From a virus, in the IMG/VR virus record IMGVR_UViG_3300043409_001318, positions 1 through 64,000 of that record: 64,000 bases of DNA; one strand, given 5' to 3'. The position numbers were made by a program, and so were the translations under genes. Positions 19,052-28,201 of this stretch are shown in pieces (position 1 is the first letter of the stretch; each line of letters opens with the position of its first letter). Below the pieces are notes generated by a model. That model searched no databases, had not been told where the DNA came from, and was given only the letters and a program-made list of their open reading frames with translations.

Positions 19052-19692
19052 TGAAAAAATTTAGTATTGATAATCAAATTGTAGACAAAGTTGGAGAATT
19101 TAAACTTACTAAAAGGTTTAATGATAAAACTGGATTTACTAATGGTTATTTGGTTGTTAAAGAATTAGCAGGTAGGAACAAACATTCGCAAGTAATTTGG
19201 AAATGTATGTGTAATGCTTGCGGCAGAGAAGATGTTTATGTTGTGAGTGGTGATTTAAAAAGAAATATTAGTTGTGGATGTTCAAGAAACAATACTAATA
19301 AACTTTCTACTAATCCACATCATCAATCAAACCAACAAAGTCCATATTGGAAAGGATATGGAGAGATTTCTGGTTATAAATTTTCTAAAATTATTCATAC
19401 AGCATCAAGAAGAAACATAGAATTCAATATAACAATTGAAGAAATATGGGAACTTTTCTTAAAGCAAAACAGAACTTGCACCCTATCTGGCGTTAAGTTA
19501 TACTTTGGAGCGAAAGGAAACGAGCTTGGCACGGCTTCCCTAGACAGAATAGATAGTAATAAAGGTTATCTATCTGGTAATATTCAGTGGGTTCATAAAC
19601 ATATTAACTCTATGAAGTTAGATCTCCAACAAGATCACTTCATAGAGTTATGTTGTATGGTAGCAAATACTAAAAGGAGTTTATTGGAATGA
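19051..19692 (+). mobile_element. Free-standing HNH-type homing endonuclease
   Basis: WKCMCNACG, SCGC, SLDRIDSNKGY...NIQWVHKHINSMK; overlaps the dnaE start. Confidence 0.75.
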
Positions 19693-22600
19693 CGACTAGC
19701 ACTATCCCGTTTGTAGGTCTACACGCTCATACTGGAATTGGAAGCATTTTTGATGGACTAGGAAAGCCAGAAGAGCATTTTGATTTTGCTTATTCTAACG
19801 GTGCAGATGCTATGGCTATCACAGAGCATGGTAATTGTAATTCCTTACCTTATGCTGTTGCTCACGTTAAGAAAATGCGTAAAGAAGGCAAAAACTTCAA
19901 ATACATTATGGGTGTTGAAGCTTACTTTATTCCTTCTATTACCGATTGGCGGGTAGAATATGAAAAGAACAAGCTTGAAAAGAAAGCAGTAAAAGATGAT
20001 GAAGCAGTTTCTGGTGCTACCGTTGAAGATGAAAATGCTTCCAAGAAAGAAATTAAATCACTTCTAAATCGCCGTCGTCACCTTGTTCTTTTGGCTCAAA
20101 ATCAAAAGGGTCTTAATAATATCTTCAAGCTTATTTCGGAGAGTTATAAGACTGAAAACTATTATCGTTATCCTCGTATGGATTTCGATATGTTGGAGAA
20201 GTATAACGAAGGTGTAATTGCGCTTTCTGCTTGCCTTGGTGGCGTTTATGCTGGTTGTTATTGGGAGAATAAGGACAAGGGTGAAGAAGCTATCCTTGAT
20301 GCTTTCCGTAATACAACTAAGCGTATGAATTCGATCTTTGGTGATCGTTGGTATGGTGAACTACAATGGAATAATGTTCCAGAACAACATATTCTAAATA
20401 AGTATATTATAAAAATGCAGGAAGAGTTTGGTATTGGGCTTGTTTCTACTTGTGATAGCCATTACCCAAATCCTAATGCTTGGAAGGACCGTGAGCTTTA
20501 TAAACGTCTTGGTTGGTTAGGAAAAGGTAAACCAGAGTGGGCCGAGGGTAATTCCGAGCTTCCTGCTGGTGTTGATGAAATTGGTTACGAGCTTTATCCA
20601 AAGAACGGCGATCAAATGTTTCAATCTTACCAAAAGTATTCTAAGGAATGTAATACAAATTATCAGCAAAGTTTAGTTCTTGAAAGTATTACAAATACTT
20701 ATAAGATCGCACACGAACGTATTGAAAACTTCATGCCAGATACAACGGTTCGTCTTCCAGAATTTGTTGTTCCTGCTGGTTTTACTGCTGGTGAAGCACT
20801 TAAAGAATATTCCCTTGAAGGTCTTCGTAAACTAAATCTTATGAAGCCAGATTATATTAAGCAATTAGAACAAGAACTTGAAGTTATTGAAGGTCGTGGT
20901 TTTAGTAAGTATTTCCTTACTATGAAAGCGATTAGTGATAAAGCACAAGGAATTCAATTAGTTGGTCCCGGTCGTGGTTCTGCTGCTGGTTCACTTGTTT
21001 CTTATGCTCTTGGAATTACACAAGTAGATCCAATTAAGCATGGGCTTCTATTTGAGCGATTTATGACGAAGAACCAAGAAGGTTTCCCAGATATCGATTA
21101 TGACGTAAGTGATCCTATGATACTTAAAGATCTTCTAATTAAGGAATGGGGTGATACTACCGTAGTTCCAATTTCTAACTGGAATACACTTCAACTAAAA
21201 TCTCTTGTTAAGGATATTAGTAAGTTCTATAATATTGAGTTCAAGGAAGTAAACGAAGTTACATCTAAAATGATGATTGAAGCAACACCTCTTGCCAAGA
21301 AAGAACATGGTATTAAGTCTGGTGTTTATACGCCTACATTTGAGGAAGTAAAGAAATATTCAGCAACTCTACAAACATTCTTGAAGAAGTATCCAAATAT
21401 CGCAGAACACGTTAATGCTCTTTACGGACAAGTTCGTTCTTGTTCTCGTCATGCTGGTGGTGTTGTAGTTGGTGAAAACTTAGACAAATACATGCCACTC
21501 ATTAACTCCGATGGTGTACGTCAAACTCCTTGGTCCGAAGGTCAAAACGTTCGTCATTTAGAGCCTATGGGTTTTATTAAATTCGATATTCTTGGTATTG
21601 CTTCTTTGCGAATGATTGAAGGTTCTATTCGTCATATTCTAAAACGTCATAAGGGTATTAAAAACCCAACTTTTGATGATGTAAAGACTTTCTATAATGA
21701 AAACCTCCATCCAGACGTTATTGATATGAACGACGCAAAGGTTTACAAGAATGTATTTGATGATGGTAATTTTGCTGGAGTATTTCAATTTACAGAGCGT
21801 CCCGTTCAAGAATTTGCGAGAAAGGTAAAGCCACGCAATATTATCGATTTATCAGCAATTACTTCTATTTATCGTCCCGGTCCTCTTGGAGCAGACGTAG
21901 ATAAAGATTATATTAAAGCAGTTGAAGAACCAGAAAGCATTAAATATATTCATCCAATCGCAAAAGAAGTTACAAAGCAAACTCATGGCTTTTTGATCTT
22001 CCAAGAGCAAATTGCTATTTTGGCTCACAAACTTGGTAAAGATGTTGATCTTGATGAAGGAAATAAACTTCGCAAACTTCTAACCAAGAAAGGAACAGGT
22101 AAAGGATTTGAAGAAAAGGACAAAATTCATGCTAAGTTTATCGAAGGTTGTACTGAAAAAGGTGTTGCCAAGCTTGAGGCACAGAGAATGTGGGAAACCT
22201 TTGAATATTTTTCGGGCTACGGTTTCAATAAATCTCATGCCGTTTGTTATTCGATCCTTTCATATCAATGTGCTTGGCTACTGACTTATTATAAAGCAGA
22301 ATGGTTTGCTGCTTTCTTGGATAAAGAAGATGCGAAGAACAAAGAATATGCTATCAATCTTGCTAAATCTATGGGTTTCAAAATTGAAAAACTAAACGTC
22401 AATACTTCTGGTTTGGTATGGGAAATTGGTGATGATGGAGAAACCCTAATTCAACCACTTTCTTCTATTAAAGGACTTGGTGATGTAGCAGTTCAGCAAA
22501 TCTTTAATAATCGTCCATTTAAAACAATTGAGGAGTTTTTGTTTAACGAGAATATTACATACAGCAAACTAAACAAGAAATCTATTGATGTTCTTGTTCG

Positions 22601-23108
22601 TTCTGGGGCTATGGATACATTAGTCGATAATCGATTTACAGGTGTTAAACATTTCTGGTCAGCGGTAGCAGTAGATCGCCCTCGTAAACTTAAAAACTTA
22701 ATTGATAATATTGAACTTTACAAACCAGAGGGAGATTTTAGCCAAGAAGAGAAGATCCAGTATTTAACAGAACTTACAGGTGTTTATCCAGTAAATCTTG
22801 TAGTTCCTGTTGAAATTATGATTAGGCTTGAAGAAAAGTTTGTTCCACCTCTTTCGGAGTACGATCATGAACTTGGACTTGCTTGGTTTATTGTTCGCGA
22901 GATTGTAAAGAAGAAAACTGCTAATGGTAAAGATTATTGGGTATTAAATGGTATTGATAGCACAAATACAGAAACCCAAGTTAAATGTTGGGGTATTAGA
23001 GAAAAAGATGTTGTGTTTCTAAATCGTCCTTACATGATTAAACCAAATCACGATGAATGGGGATTTAGTATTAACAATATAGCAAAGCAACTTAAATTGT
23101 TAGCATAA
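19689..23108 (+). CDS. dnaE: DNA polymerase III alpha subunit
   Basis: PHP domain (LHAHT, ITEHG, CDSHY), GRGSAAGSLV, PDIDYD, HAGGVV, KFDILG, YGFNKSHA. Confidence 0.97.
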   Translation: MTTSTIPFVGLHAHTGIGSIFDGLGKPEEHFDFAYSNGADAMAITEHGNCNSLPYAVAHVKKMRKEGKNFKYIMGVEAYFIPSITDWRVEYEKNKLEKKAVKDDEAVSGATVEDENASKKEIKSLLNRRRHLVLLAQNQKGLNNIFKLISESYKTENYYRYPRMDFDMLEKYNEGVIALSACLGGVYAGCYWENKDKGEEAILDAFRNTTKRMNSIFGDRWYGELQWNNVPEQHILNKYIIKMQEEFGIGLVSTCDSHYPNPNAWKDRELYKRLGWLGKGKPEWAEGNSELPAGVDEIGYELYPKNGDQMFQSYQKYSKECNTNYQQSLVLESITNTYKIAHERIENFMPDTTVRLPEFVVPAGFTAGEALKEYSLEGLRKLNLMKPDYIKQLEQELEVIEGRGFSKYFLTMKAISDKAQGIQLVGPGRGSAAGSLVSYALGITQVDPIKHGLLFERFMTKNQEGFPDIDYDVSDPMILKDLLIKEWGDTTVVPISNWNTLQLKSLVKDISKFYNIEFKEVNEVTSKMMIEATPLAKKEHGIKSGVYTPTFEEVKKYSATLQTFLKKYPNIAEHVNALYGQVRSCSRHAGGVVVGENLDKYMPLINSDGVRQTPWSEGQNVRHLEPMGFIKFDILGIASLRMIEGSIRHILKRHKGIKNPTFDDVKTFYNENLHPDVIDMNDAKVYKNVFDDGNFAGVFQFTERPVQEFARKVKPRNIIDLSAITSIYRPGPLGADVDKDYIKAVEEPESIKYIHPIAKEVTKQTHGFLIFQEQIAILAHKLGKDVDLDEGNKLRKLLTKKGTGKGFEEKDKIHAKFIEGCTEKGVAKLEAQRMWETFEYFSGYGFNKSHAVCYSILSYQCAWLLTYYKAEWFAAFLDKEDAKNKEYAINLAKSMGFKIEKLNVNTSGLVWEIGDDGETLIQPLSSIKGLGDVAVQQIFNNRPFKTIEEFLFNENITYSKLNKKSIDVLVRSGAMDTLVDNRFTGVKHFWSAVAVDRPRKLKNLIDNIELYKPEGDFSQEEKIQYLTELTGVYPVNLVVPVEIMIRLEEKFVPPLSEYDHELGLAWFIVREIVKKKTANGKDYWVLNGIDSTNTETQVKCWGIREKDVVFLNRPYMIKPNHDEWGFSINNIAKQLKLLA

Positions 23109-23113
23109 AGAAA

Positions 23114-23149
23114 GGTTCCTTACTATTTATTTGGTAAGGAACCATTTTT
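23114..23149 (+). terminator. dnaE terminator hairpin overlapping the ACTATTTA motif (23122-23129)
   Basis: GGTTCCTTAC/GTAAGGAACC stem, then ATTTTT. Confidence 0.7.
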
Positions 23150-23152
23150 ATT

Positions 23153-23704
23153 ATGAGAATAACAGAAGCACAATTAAGAAAAATCATTAGACAAAAAATA
23201 CAAGAAGTTATAAAACCCTATAGTAATGATCCTAATCCACCAAAAACATTTTCAGGTTCAGGAAGACAAGAAGCACAACCATTAGCTACATTTAAACTTG
23301 GAGAAATTTTAAAAGCTGTTATTCCAACTAACGATAAACATAAAGAAGAATTATCATCTTTTATAGCTTCATTAACTCAAGAACTTCAAAGATTAGGTGC
23401 AAAAAGTGCCCAAGAAGCTGTTAACATAATAAAAACAAATAAAGATACTGATGCAACTATAATAGAAAAAGGAGGCAAATATTATGTTAAAGCTCCAAAA
23501 TTTAATAATATTTTTATTGGGGATAAAAAACAAATTGTAGATTTTGCCAGAGTAACTGGTATTCAAGTTAAAAATTTACCAAAAGAAACTAAAGTTTATT
23601 CTGGATTACCACCAAAATCAAATGAGATGGGAGCACTTACAAATAAAATTCAAGGTGGAACCTACGGATTAGGAAAAGGGGTTAGAGAAAACAAAAGAAA
23701 GTAA
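23153..23704 (+). CDS. Late-type hypothetical protein
   Basis: MRITEAQLRKIIRQKIQE N-terminus; follows ACTATTTA. Confidence 0.65.
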   Translation: MRITEAQLRKIIRQKIQEVIKPYSNDPNPPKTFSGSGRQEAQPLATFKLGEILKAVIPTNDKHKEELSSFIASLTQELQRLGAKSAQEAVNIIKTNKDTDATIIEKGGKYYVKAPKFNNIFIGDKKQIVDFARVTGIQVKNLPKETKVYSGLPPKSNEMGALTNKIQGGTYGLGKGVRENKRK

Positions 23705-23713
23705 GATATCCAG

Positions 23714-23754
23714 TTGACTTCTCAGCCCTCCTTGGATAATCTGTCCTTGGAGGG
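23714..23754 (+). promoter_or_regulatory. sigma70-like promoter with the -10 in the loop of an RBS-masking hairpin
   Basis: TTGACT-N17-TAATCT; CCCTCC..GGA/TCC..GGAGGG. Confidence 0.6.
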
Positions 23755-23760
23755 TTTCTC

Positions 23761-24681
23761 TTGTCTACTAACCTTGGTTACGCCTGCATCAACATGCGTC
23801 TTTCTGAGCGTCCTGCTAAGCTTCGTGTGACTACCAATCGCACCATGATCCGCAAGACCTTTGACGAGCGTGGTATCAATTATGCCGCTCAGCTTGCTTA
23901 CCAGAATATTTGTGACCTTTATACCATCCTTGTTTGGAATACTGCTAACAATATCAAGTTTTATCGTATGTCGTCCGATATGATCCCTTGGGCTTCCGAA
24001 TATGGTGTTCGCAATCTTCCTAATATCGAACAAGTTGCTGCTATGCTTCGCAAGTGTGGTGATTATGCTACGTCTGTTGGTCAGCGTCTTACTTTTCATC
24101 CCGGTCCTTTCAACAAGCTTACTTCCTCCAATCCTTCTGTGACTTCTAATACTATTAGGGATCTTACTATTCACGCAGATATTCTTGATCTTATGGGTCT
24201 TTCTAATACTCATTACAACAAGATCAATATTCATGTTGGTGCGACCTACAAGGATAAGCCTATGGCTATTGCTCAATTCCTTAATAATTGGGATCTTGTT
24301 CCCGACAATGTTAAGTCCCGCTTTACTTTGGAGAACGATGATAAGCCCTCTCTCTACACTACTGAAGAGCTTTATAATCTCATTCACAAGCACACCAACA
24401 TTCCAATTGTATTTGATCACCATCATCATTCACTTCACAATGATGGTATGTCTTCTGCTGATGCACTTGCTATTGCCGTTTCTACTTGGGGTAATGTAAA
24501 GCCTGTTGTTCACTATTCACAATCGCGAGCAGTAGAACAAAATATCAAGTGCCCAGCACAAGCTCACTCCGATAGTTATTGGGAAACTATGGATATTCAC
24601 GGGCATGATGTAGATATTATGCTTGAGGCTAAGTTCAAGGAAATCGCACTATTTAAGTATCGCGATCTTCTTACTATTTAG
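23761..24681 (+). CDS. uvsE: UV damage endonuclease
   Basis: LGYACIN, FYRMSSD, RLTFHPG, INIHVG, LENDD, FDHHH, VHYSQS, HSD, MLEAK. Confidence 0.95.
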   Translation: MSTNLGYACINMRLSERPAKLRVTTNRTMIRKTFDERGINYAAQLAYQNICDLYTILVWNTANNIKFYRMSSDMIPWASEYGVRNLPNIEQVAAMLRKCGDYATSVGQRLTFHPGPFNKLTSSNPSVTSNTIRDLTIHADILDLMGLSNTHYNKINIHVGATYKDKPMAIAQFLNNWDLVPDNVKSRFTLENDDKPSLYTTEELYNLIHKHTNIPIVFDHHHHSLHNDGMSSADALAIAVSTWGNVKPVVHYSQSRAVEQNIKCPAQAHSDSYWETMDIHGHDVDIMLEAKFKEIALFKYRDLLTI

Positions 24682-24684
24682 TAT

Positions 24685-25080
24685 ATGGAAATAATACCTC
24701 TTATAATACTTGCTGCTGTGCCTATAATCATGTTAATATATATTGCTAGAAACGAAACAATAAGGAGCGATATGAGCACCAAAGTAAGTTTAAACTATGG
24801 TAAGCAACATCATCTTTACCAAGAAGTATTTGATGAGAAGCATGTATATTTAAAAGTTTATGGATGCGACTTTGAAGTATCCAAAGATAATGCTATGATC
24901 CAAATTCCTATTGAGTTATGGGAAAAGTTAGTAGCAGAATGGCCCGAATCTAAAAAGCGATGGATAGAAGATAATTCACATGAAGATTTTAGTGATGTAT
25001 CTTGGTTAGAATTTGGGTCTAATGCTAAATCAAGTGACGAAACAACTATTTTTGAGAGGAAAAATGAGCCTAAATCTTAA
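24685..25080 (+). CDS. Hypothetical protein with N-terminal TM segment
   Basis: Hydrophobic N-terminus. Confidence 0.55.
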   Translation: MEIIPLIILAAVPIIMLIYIARNETIRSDMSTKVSLNYGKQHHLYQEVFDEKHVYLKVYGCDFEVSKDNAMIQIPIELWEKLVAEWPESKKRWIEDNSHEDFSDVSWLEFGSNAKSSDETTIFERKNEPKS

Positions 25081-25489
25081 AGTTATTAAAATGAATGGAT
25101 TTGTTAATTTCAAGAACAGAGATAATGGTAATGCTGGATTTGATTTATATGCTACCGAAGAAGGTTCTATTGCGCCAAACGAAAGAATGATGGTTCCTGT
25201 GGGTATTTGTACTTCATTTGATCCAGAGTATTATATGCGTGTTGCTCCTCGTTCTGGATTAGCAGTAAAGAGTGGTATTAATGTTCTTGCTGGTGTTATT
25301 GATGCAAGTTACAGAGGAGAATGGAAGGTCATTCTTCATAATACAAGCACTACTTATTTTCATTTTGAAATTGGAGATAGAATTGCTCAAGCTATTCCAG
25401 AGAAGATTAGTACCGAAGAATTTACATTTGTGGAGAGGTTAAGTGAAACAAAACGTGCAGATGGTGGGTTTGGTTCAACAGGAACTTAA
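25064..25489 (+). CDS. dut: Trimeric dUTPase
   Basis: AGFDL, PRSGLA, GVIDASYRGE, GDRIAQ, RADGGFGSTG. Confidence 0.97.
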   Translation: MSLNLKVIKMNGFVNFKNRDNGNAGFDLYATEEGSIAPNERMMVPVGICTSFDPEYYMRVAPRSGLAVKSGINVLAGVIDASYRGEWKVILHNTSTTYFHFEIGDRIAQAIPEKISTEEFTFVERLSETKRADGGFGSTGT

Positions 25490-25694
25490 ATGCGGTGATC
25501 TGGTTCAATATCGTTTTTACGACCACCAGCCTTATATAGAAAATGGTATTTTTCTTCGTAAATTTTATGACACCAGAAGAGTAGGCGAAGAATTTGAAGA
25601 AGAACCAGTAGAAATGCATGAAGTTTATCTTTTTAATAGTGCTACATGCGAGAATGTTTTTTCCTTTGAATTGGAAGGGGTACTTAATGAATAA
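25443..25694 (+). CDS. SH3/KOW-like microprotein (start uncertain)
   Basis: LKCGDLVQYRF...GIFL. Confidence 0.45.
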   Translation: MKQNVQMVGLVQQELKCGDLVQYRFYDHQPYIENGIFLRKFYDTRRVGEEFEEEPVEMHEVYLFNSATCENVFSFELEGVLNE

Positions 25695-26160
25695 AATTGT
25701 ATGGTCTGCTGATAAAGATGAGTGGGCTACAAGTCAAGATTTTTATGATGGACTAAATGCTAAATATAATTTTACATTAGATCCATGTGCCGATATTATA
25801 AATGCGAAATGTCCCAAGTTTTACAATACGAATGATGATGGACTTTCTAAGGATTGGGGAGGAGAAATTGTATTTTGTAATCCTCCTTACTCAAAAGTTA
25901 AAGAATGGACGCATAAAGCACTTGAAGAAAGTAAAAAACCAAATACAAAAGTTGTTTTGTTAGTAGCAGCAAGAACAGATACTAAATTCTTTCATGATTA
26001 TTGCATGAAAGCCAATGAAATCCTTTTTGTTAAAGGAAGACTTAAATTTGGTGGCTCTACTAATTCAGCACCATTTCCATCTATGATTGTTGTTTTTGAC
26101 TCTTCACGATTTGGTCTTATGTTTGGACAGATGGATACCAAAGGAAAGGTAATTAGATGA
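25687..26160 (+). CDS. Phage DNA N6-adenine methyltransferase (Dam-like, orphan)
   Basis: DEWATSQ, FTLDPCA, VFCNPPY, ARTDT, GRLKFG, APFPS. Confidence 0.9.
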   Translation: MNKIVWSADKDEWATSQDFYDGLNAKYNFTLDPCADIINAKCPKFYNTNDDGLSKDWGGEIVFCNPPYSKVKEWTHKALEESKKPNTKVVLLVAARTDTKFFHDYCMKANEILFVKGRLKFGGSTNSAPFPSMIVVFDSSRFGLMFGQMDTKGKVIR

Positions 26161-27194
26161 AATCAGTTAAAAATGTTGATATTGTTTATGGTGCTTCTTG
26201 GGGCGATGAAGGCAAGGGTAAGATTACTCATGTTTTAGCATCAAAGAAAACTCATACGAGAAAAAACTATTATAATTTTGTTTGTAGGTTTCAAGGTGGT
26301 TCAAACGCGGGCCACACAATTTATCACGATGGTAAAAAGTATTCTACTCACATTGTTCCTGCTGGTGTATTTTACGGTATTACATCAGTTATCGGTCCTA
26401 ATTGCGTTGTAAATATTGATGCTTTTTATAAAGAAGTTGAAGAGTTAAAAACTGGTGGAATTGATACTTCACTTATTAAAATTCATCCTTTAGCACATAT
26501 CGTAACAAACGATCATATTGCTGAAGATAAAGCTACATTAGGGCACCTTGGCACAACTTCACAAGGTATTGCACCAGCATATCGAGACAAAGCCGCCAGA
26601 AAGGGTTTACTTGCCAAAGACAGCACAATAGATAAAAGTTATATCTTAACCGAAAAACTATATGGTAATATCTTATGCGAAGGGGCACAAGGATACCATC
26701 TTGACATAAATTATGGAAATTATCCATTTGTAACTTCAAGTGAATGTTTACCATACGGAGCTTGTTCATTAGGATTTGCACCACAGAGGATCAAAAGTAT
26801 ATATGCTTGTGCTAAGATTTATGACACAAGATCCGGTGAAGATCCTTTATTTCCAGCAACTTTACTTGAAGATCAAACCTTAAAATTTATTGGTGATTTA
26901 GGACAAGAATATGGAGTTACCACAGGACGTAGACGTAAAGTAAATTGGCTTAATCTTGATAAGTTAATTGAAGCAGTTGAAGTAGGTGGTGCTACTGATC
27001 TAATCGTTAATAAATGTGATATTTTACAGAAAGTTGGGGTATATCGCTTATTCCACAACTCTAATCTTGTAGAATTTGAGAGCCTTGAACAAATGAAAGA
27101 ATATATACAAATTTACTTATTTAAATCAAGCACTTTACTTAAAAGAGTGTTATTTAGTGGTAATCCAGAACTAATAGAAGGATTTGACCCATGA
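26157..27194 (+). CDS. purA: Adenylosuccinate synthetase (short form)
   Basis: WGDEGKGK, GGSNAGHT, EGAQG, PFVTSS, GVTTGRRR. Confidence 0.92.
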   Translation: MKSVKNVDIVYGASWGDEGKGKITHVLASKKTHTRKNYYNFVCRFQGGSNAGHTIYHDGKKYSTHIVPAGVFYGITSVIGPNCVVNIDAFYKEVEELKTGGIDTSLIKIHPLAHIVTNDHIAEDKATLGHLGTTSQGIAPAYRDKAARKGLLAKDSTIDKSYILTEKLYGNILCEGAQGYHLDINYGNYPFVTSSECLPYGACSLGFAPQRIKSIYACAKIYDTRSGEDPLFPATLLEDQTLKFIGDLGQEYGVTTGRRRKVNWLNLDKLIEAVEVGGATDLIVNKCDILQKVGVYRLFHNSNLVEFESLEQMKEYIQIYLFKSSTLLKRVLFSGNPELIEGFDP

Positions 27195-27442
27195 GTTCAC
27201 CAGCAAAAAAGATTAAAAAACAAAATCAACTTATCCAAGATAAAGTTATGTTATTTGATGCCCTACCAAATAAGTGTAATGGTTGTCAAGAAGACTATAA
27301 TAAACTTAATAAAGAGCAAGCCACAAATTGGTCTGTAATGGTGTTTAATGAAAGCAAGACCGTTAGATTATACTGCCCAACATGCTATAAAAATGTTCAA
27401 GCTTGGGCAGAGGATTTTGTTAAGGAGACGGAAAATGAGTAA
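27191..27442 (+). CDS. Hypothetical protein with two CxxC motifs
   Basis: CNGC...CPTC. Confidence 0.6.
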   Translation: MSSPAKKIKKQNQLIQDKVMLFDALPNKCNGCQEDYNKLNKEQATNWSVMVFNESKTVRLYCPTCYKNVQAWAEDFVKETENE

Positions 27443-27671
27443 CTATGATTACAGAGTTCCACCAGAAATGGTAGATCATCCAAAGCATTATAACGCTGGC
27501 ACTATTGAAGCTATTGCTCTAATCGAAGATCAAGGCTTAGGTGAAGCTTTTTGTGCTGGTAATGTTATGAAATATATTATGCGGTATAAACTTAAAGGAA
27601 CTCCACTTGAAGACCTTAAAAAAGTTAAATGGTATACAGAAAGGTTAATTAGTTATTATGAAAACAAATAA
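27435..27671 (+). CDS. DUF3310 / T7 gp1.7-like putative nucleotide kinase
   Basis: VDHPKHYN...FCAGNVMKYIMRY..K...EDLKKVKWY. Confidence 0.85.
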   Translation: MSNYDYRVPPEMVDHPKHYNAGTIEAIALIEDQGLGEAFCAGNVMKYIMRYKLKGTPLEDLKKVKWYTERLISYYENK

Positions 27672-28023
27672 ATCAGTTAAAGAGCTTAGTTATGAAGATT
27701 TTAATGAGATTACAAAATCAGACAAACCATATGTAATTAAATTTACAAATCCAACTTGTCACCTTTGTAAAGCTTTAGATCCAATCTTCAATGATATAGC
27801 AGAAGAATATAATGATAAATTTAAATTTGGGAACATTAATTCAAAAGCACAAAGAAAACTATTTCAACTATTTGGGATTGATGGTGTCCCAGAAATCTTC
27901 ATTATTGATGGTGATGATTTATACCATGTTGAATACCCAGACGATAATCCAGATCCAAAGTCGGGATATTCAAGAGATTATATTACTGAACACTTGGAAG
28001 GATATTTAAATGAACAATCTTGA
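27658..28023 (+). CDS. Thioredoxin-like protein
   Basis: CHLC, FGIDGVP. Confidence 0.8.
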   Translation: MKTNKSVKELSYEDFNEITKSDKPYVIKFTNPTCHLCKALDPIFNDIAEEYNDKFKFGNINSKAQRKLFQLFGIDGVPEIFIIDGDDLYHVEYPDDNPDPKSGYSRDYITEHLEGYLNEQS

Positions 28024-28201
28024 TAGAGCAGATATAAGAGAAGAAATCCTTTATTTCTTGGAGAAGGCATGGGTTAAAAATCCACATTTAAGGATTATGC
28101 AACTTCTTGGTAATGGTTTTACAGAAGGAGATAATTACTACGTTGACGATCAAGCAGTATTAGATTATCTTGTAAAGGTTGCTAACGAAGTGGAGGATTA
28201 A
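28010..28201 (+). CDS. Hypothetical protein
   Basis: W...P.LR..QL pattern; operon overlap. Confidence 0.55.
   Translation: MNNLDRADIREEILYFLEKAWVKNPHLRIMQLLGNGFTEGDNYYVDDQAVLDYLVKVANEVED

Noticed and set aside
5956-23108. Inteins or group I introns in recA, dnaB, nrdJ or dnaE
   Set aside because: Lengths are normal, motifs are contiguous, and no intein splice motifs or frame breaks were seen
23722-24429. 235-aa minus-strand ORF and similar antisense ORFs (29761..30174, 32982..33365, 33825..34136 and others)
   Set aside because: Shadows of well-supported plus-strand genes, with no RBS or motifs
26157-27194. PurZ (2-aminoadenine genome)
   Set aside because: The protein keeps the PurA catalytic Asp (WGDEGKGK) rather than the PurZ Ser, and no dATPase/MazZ partners were recognised nearby
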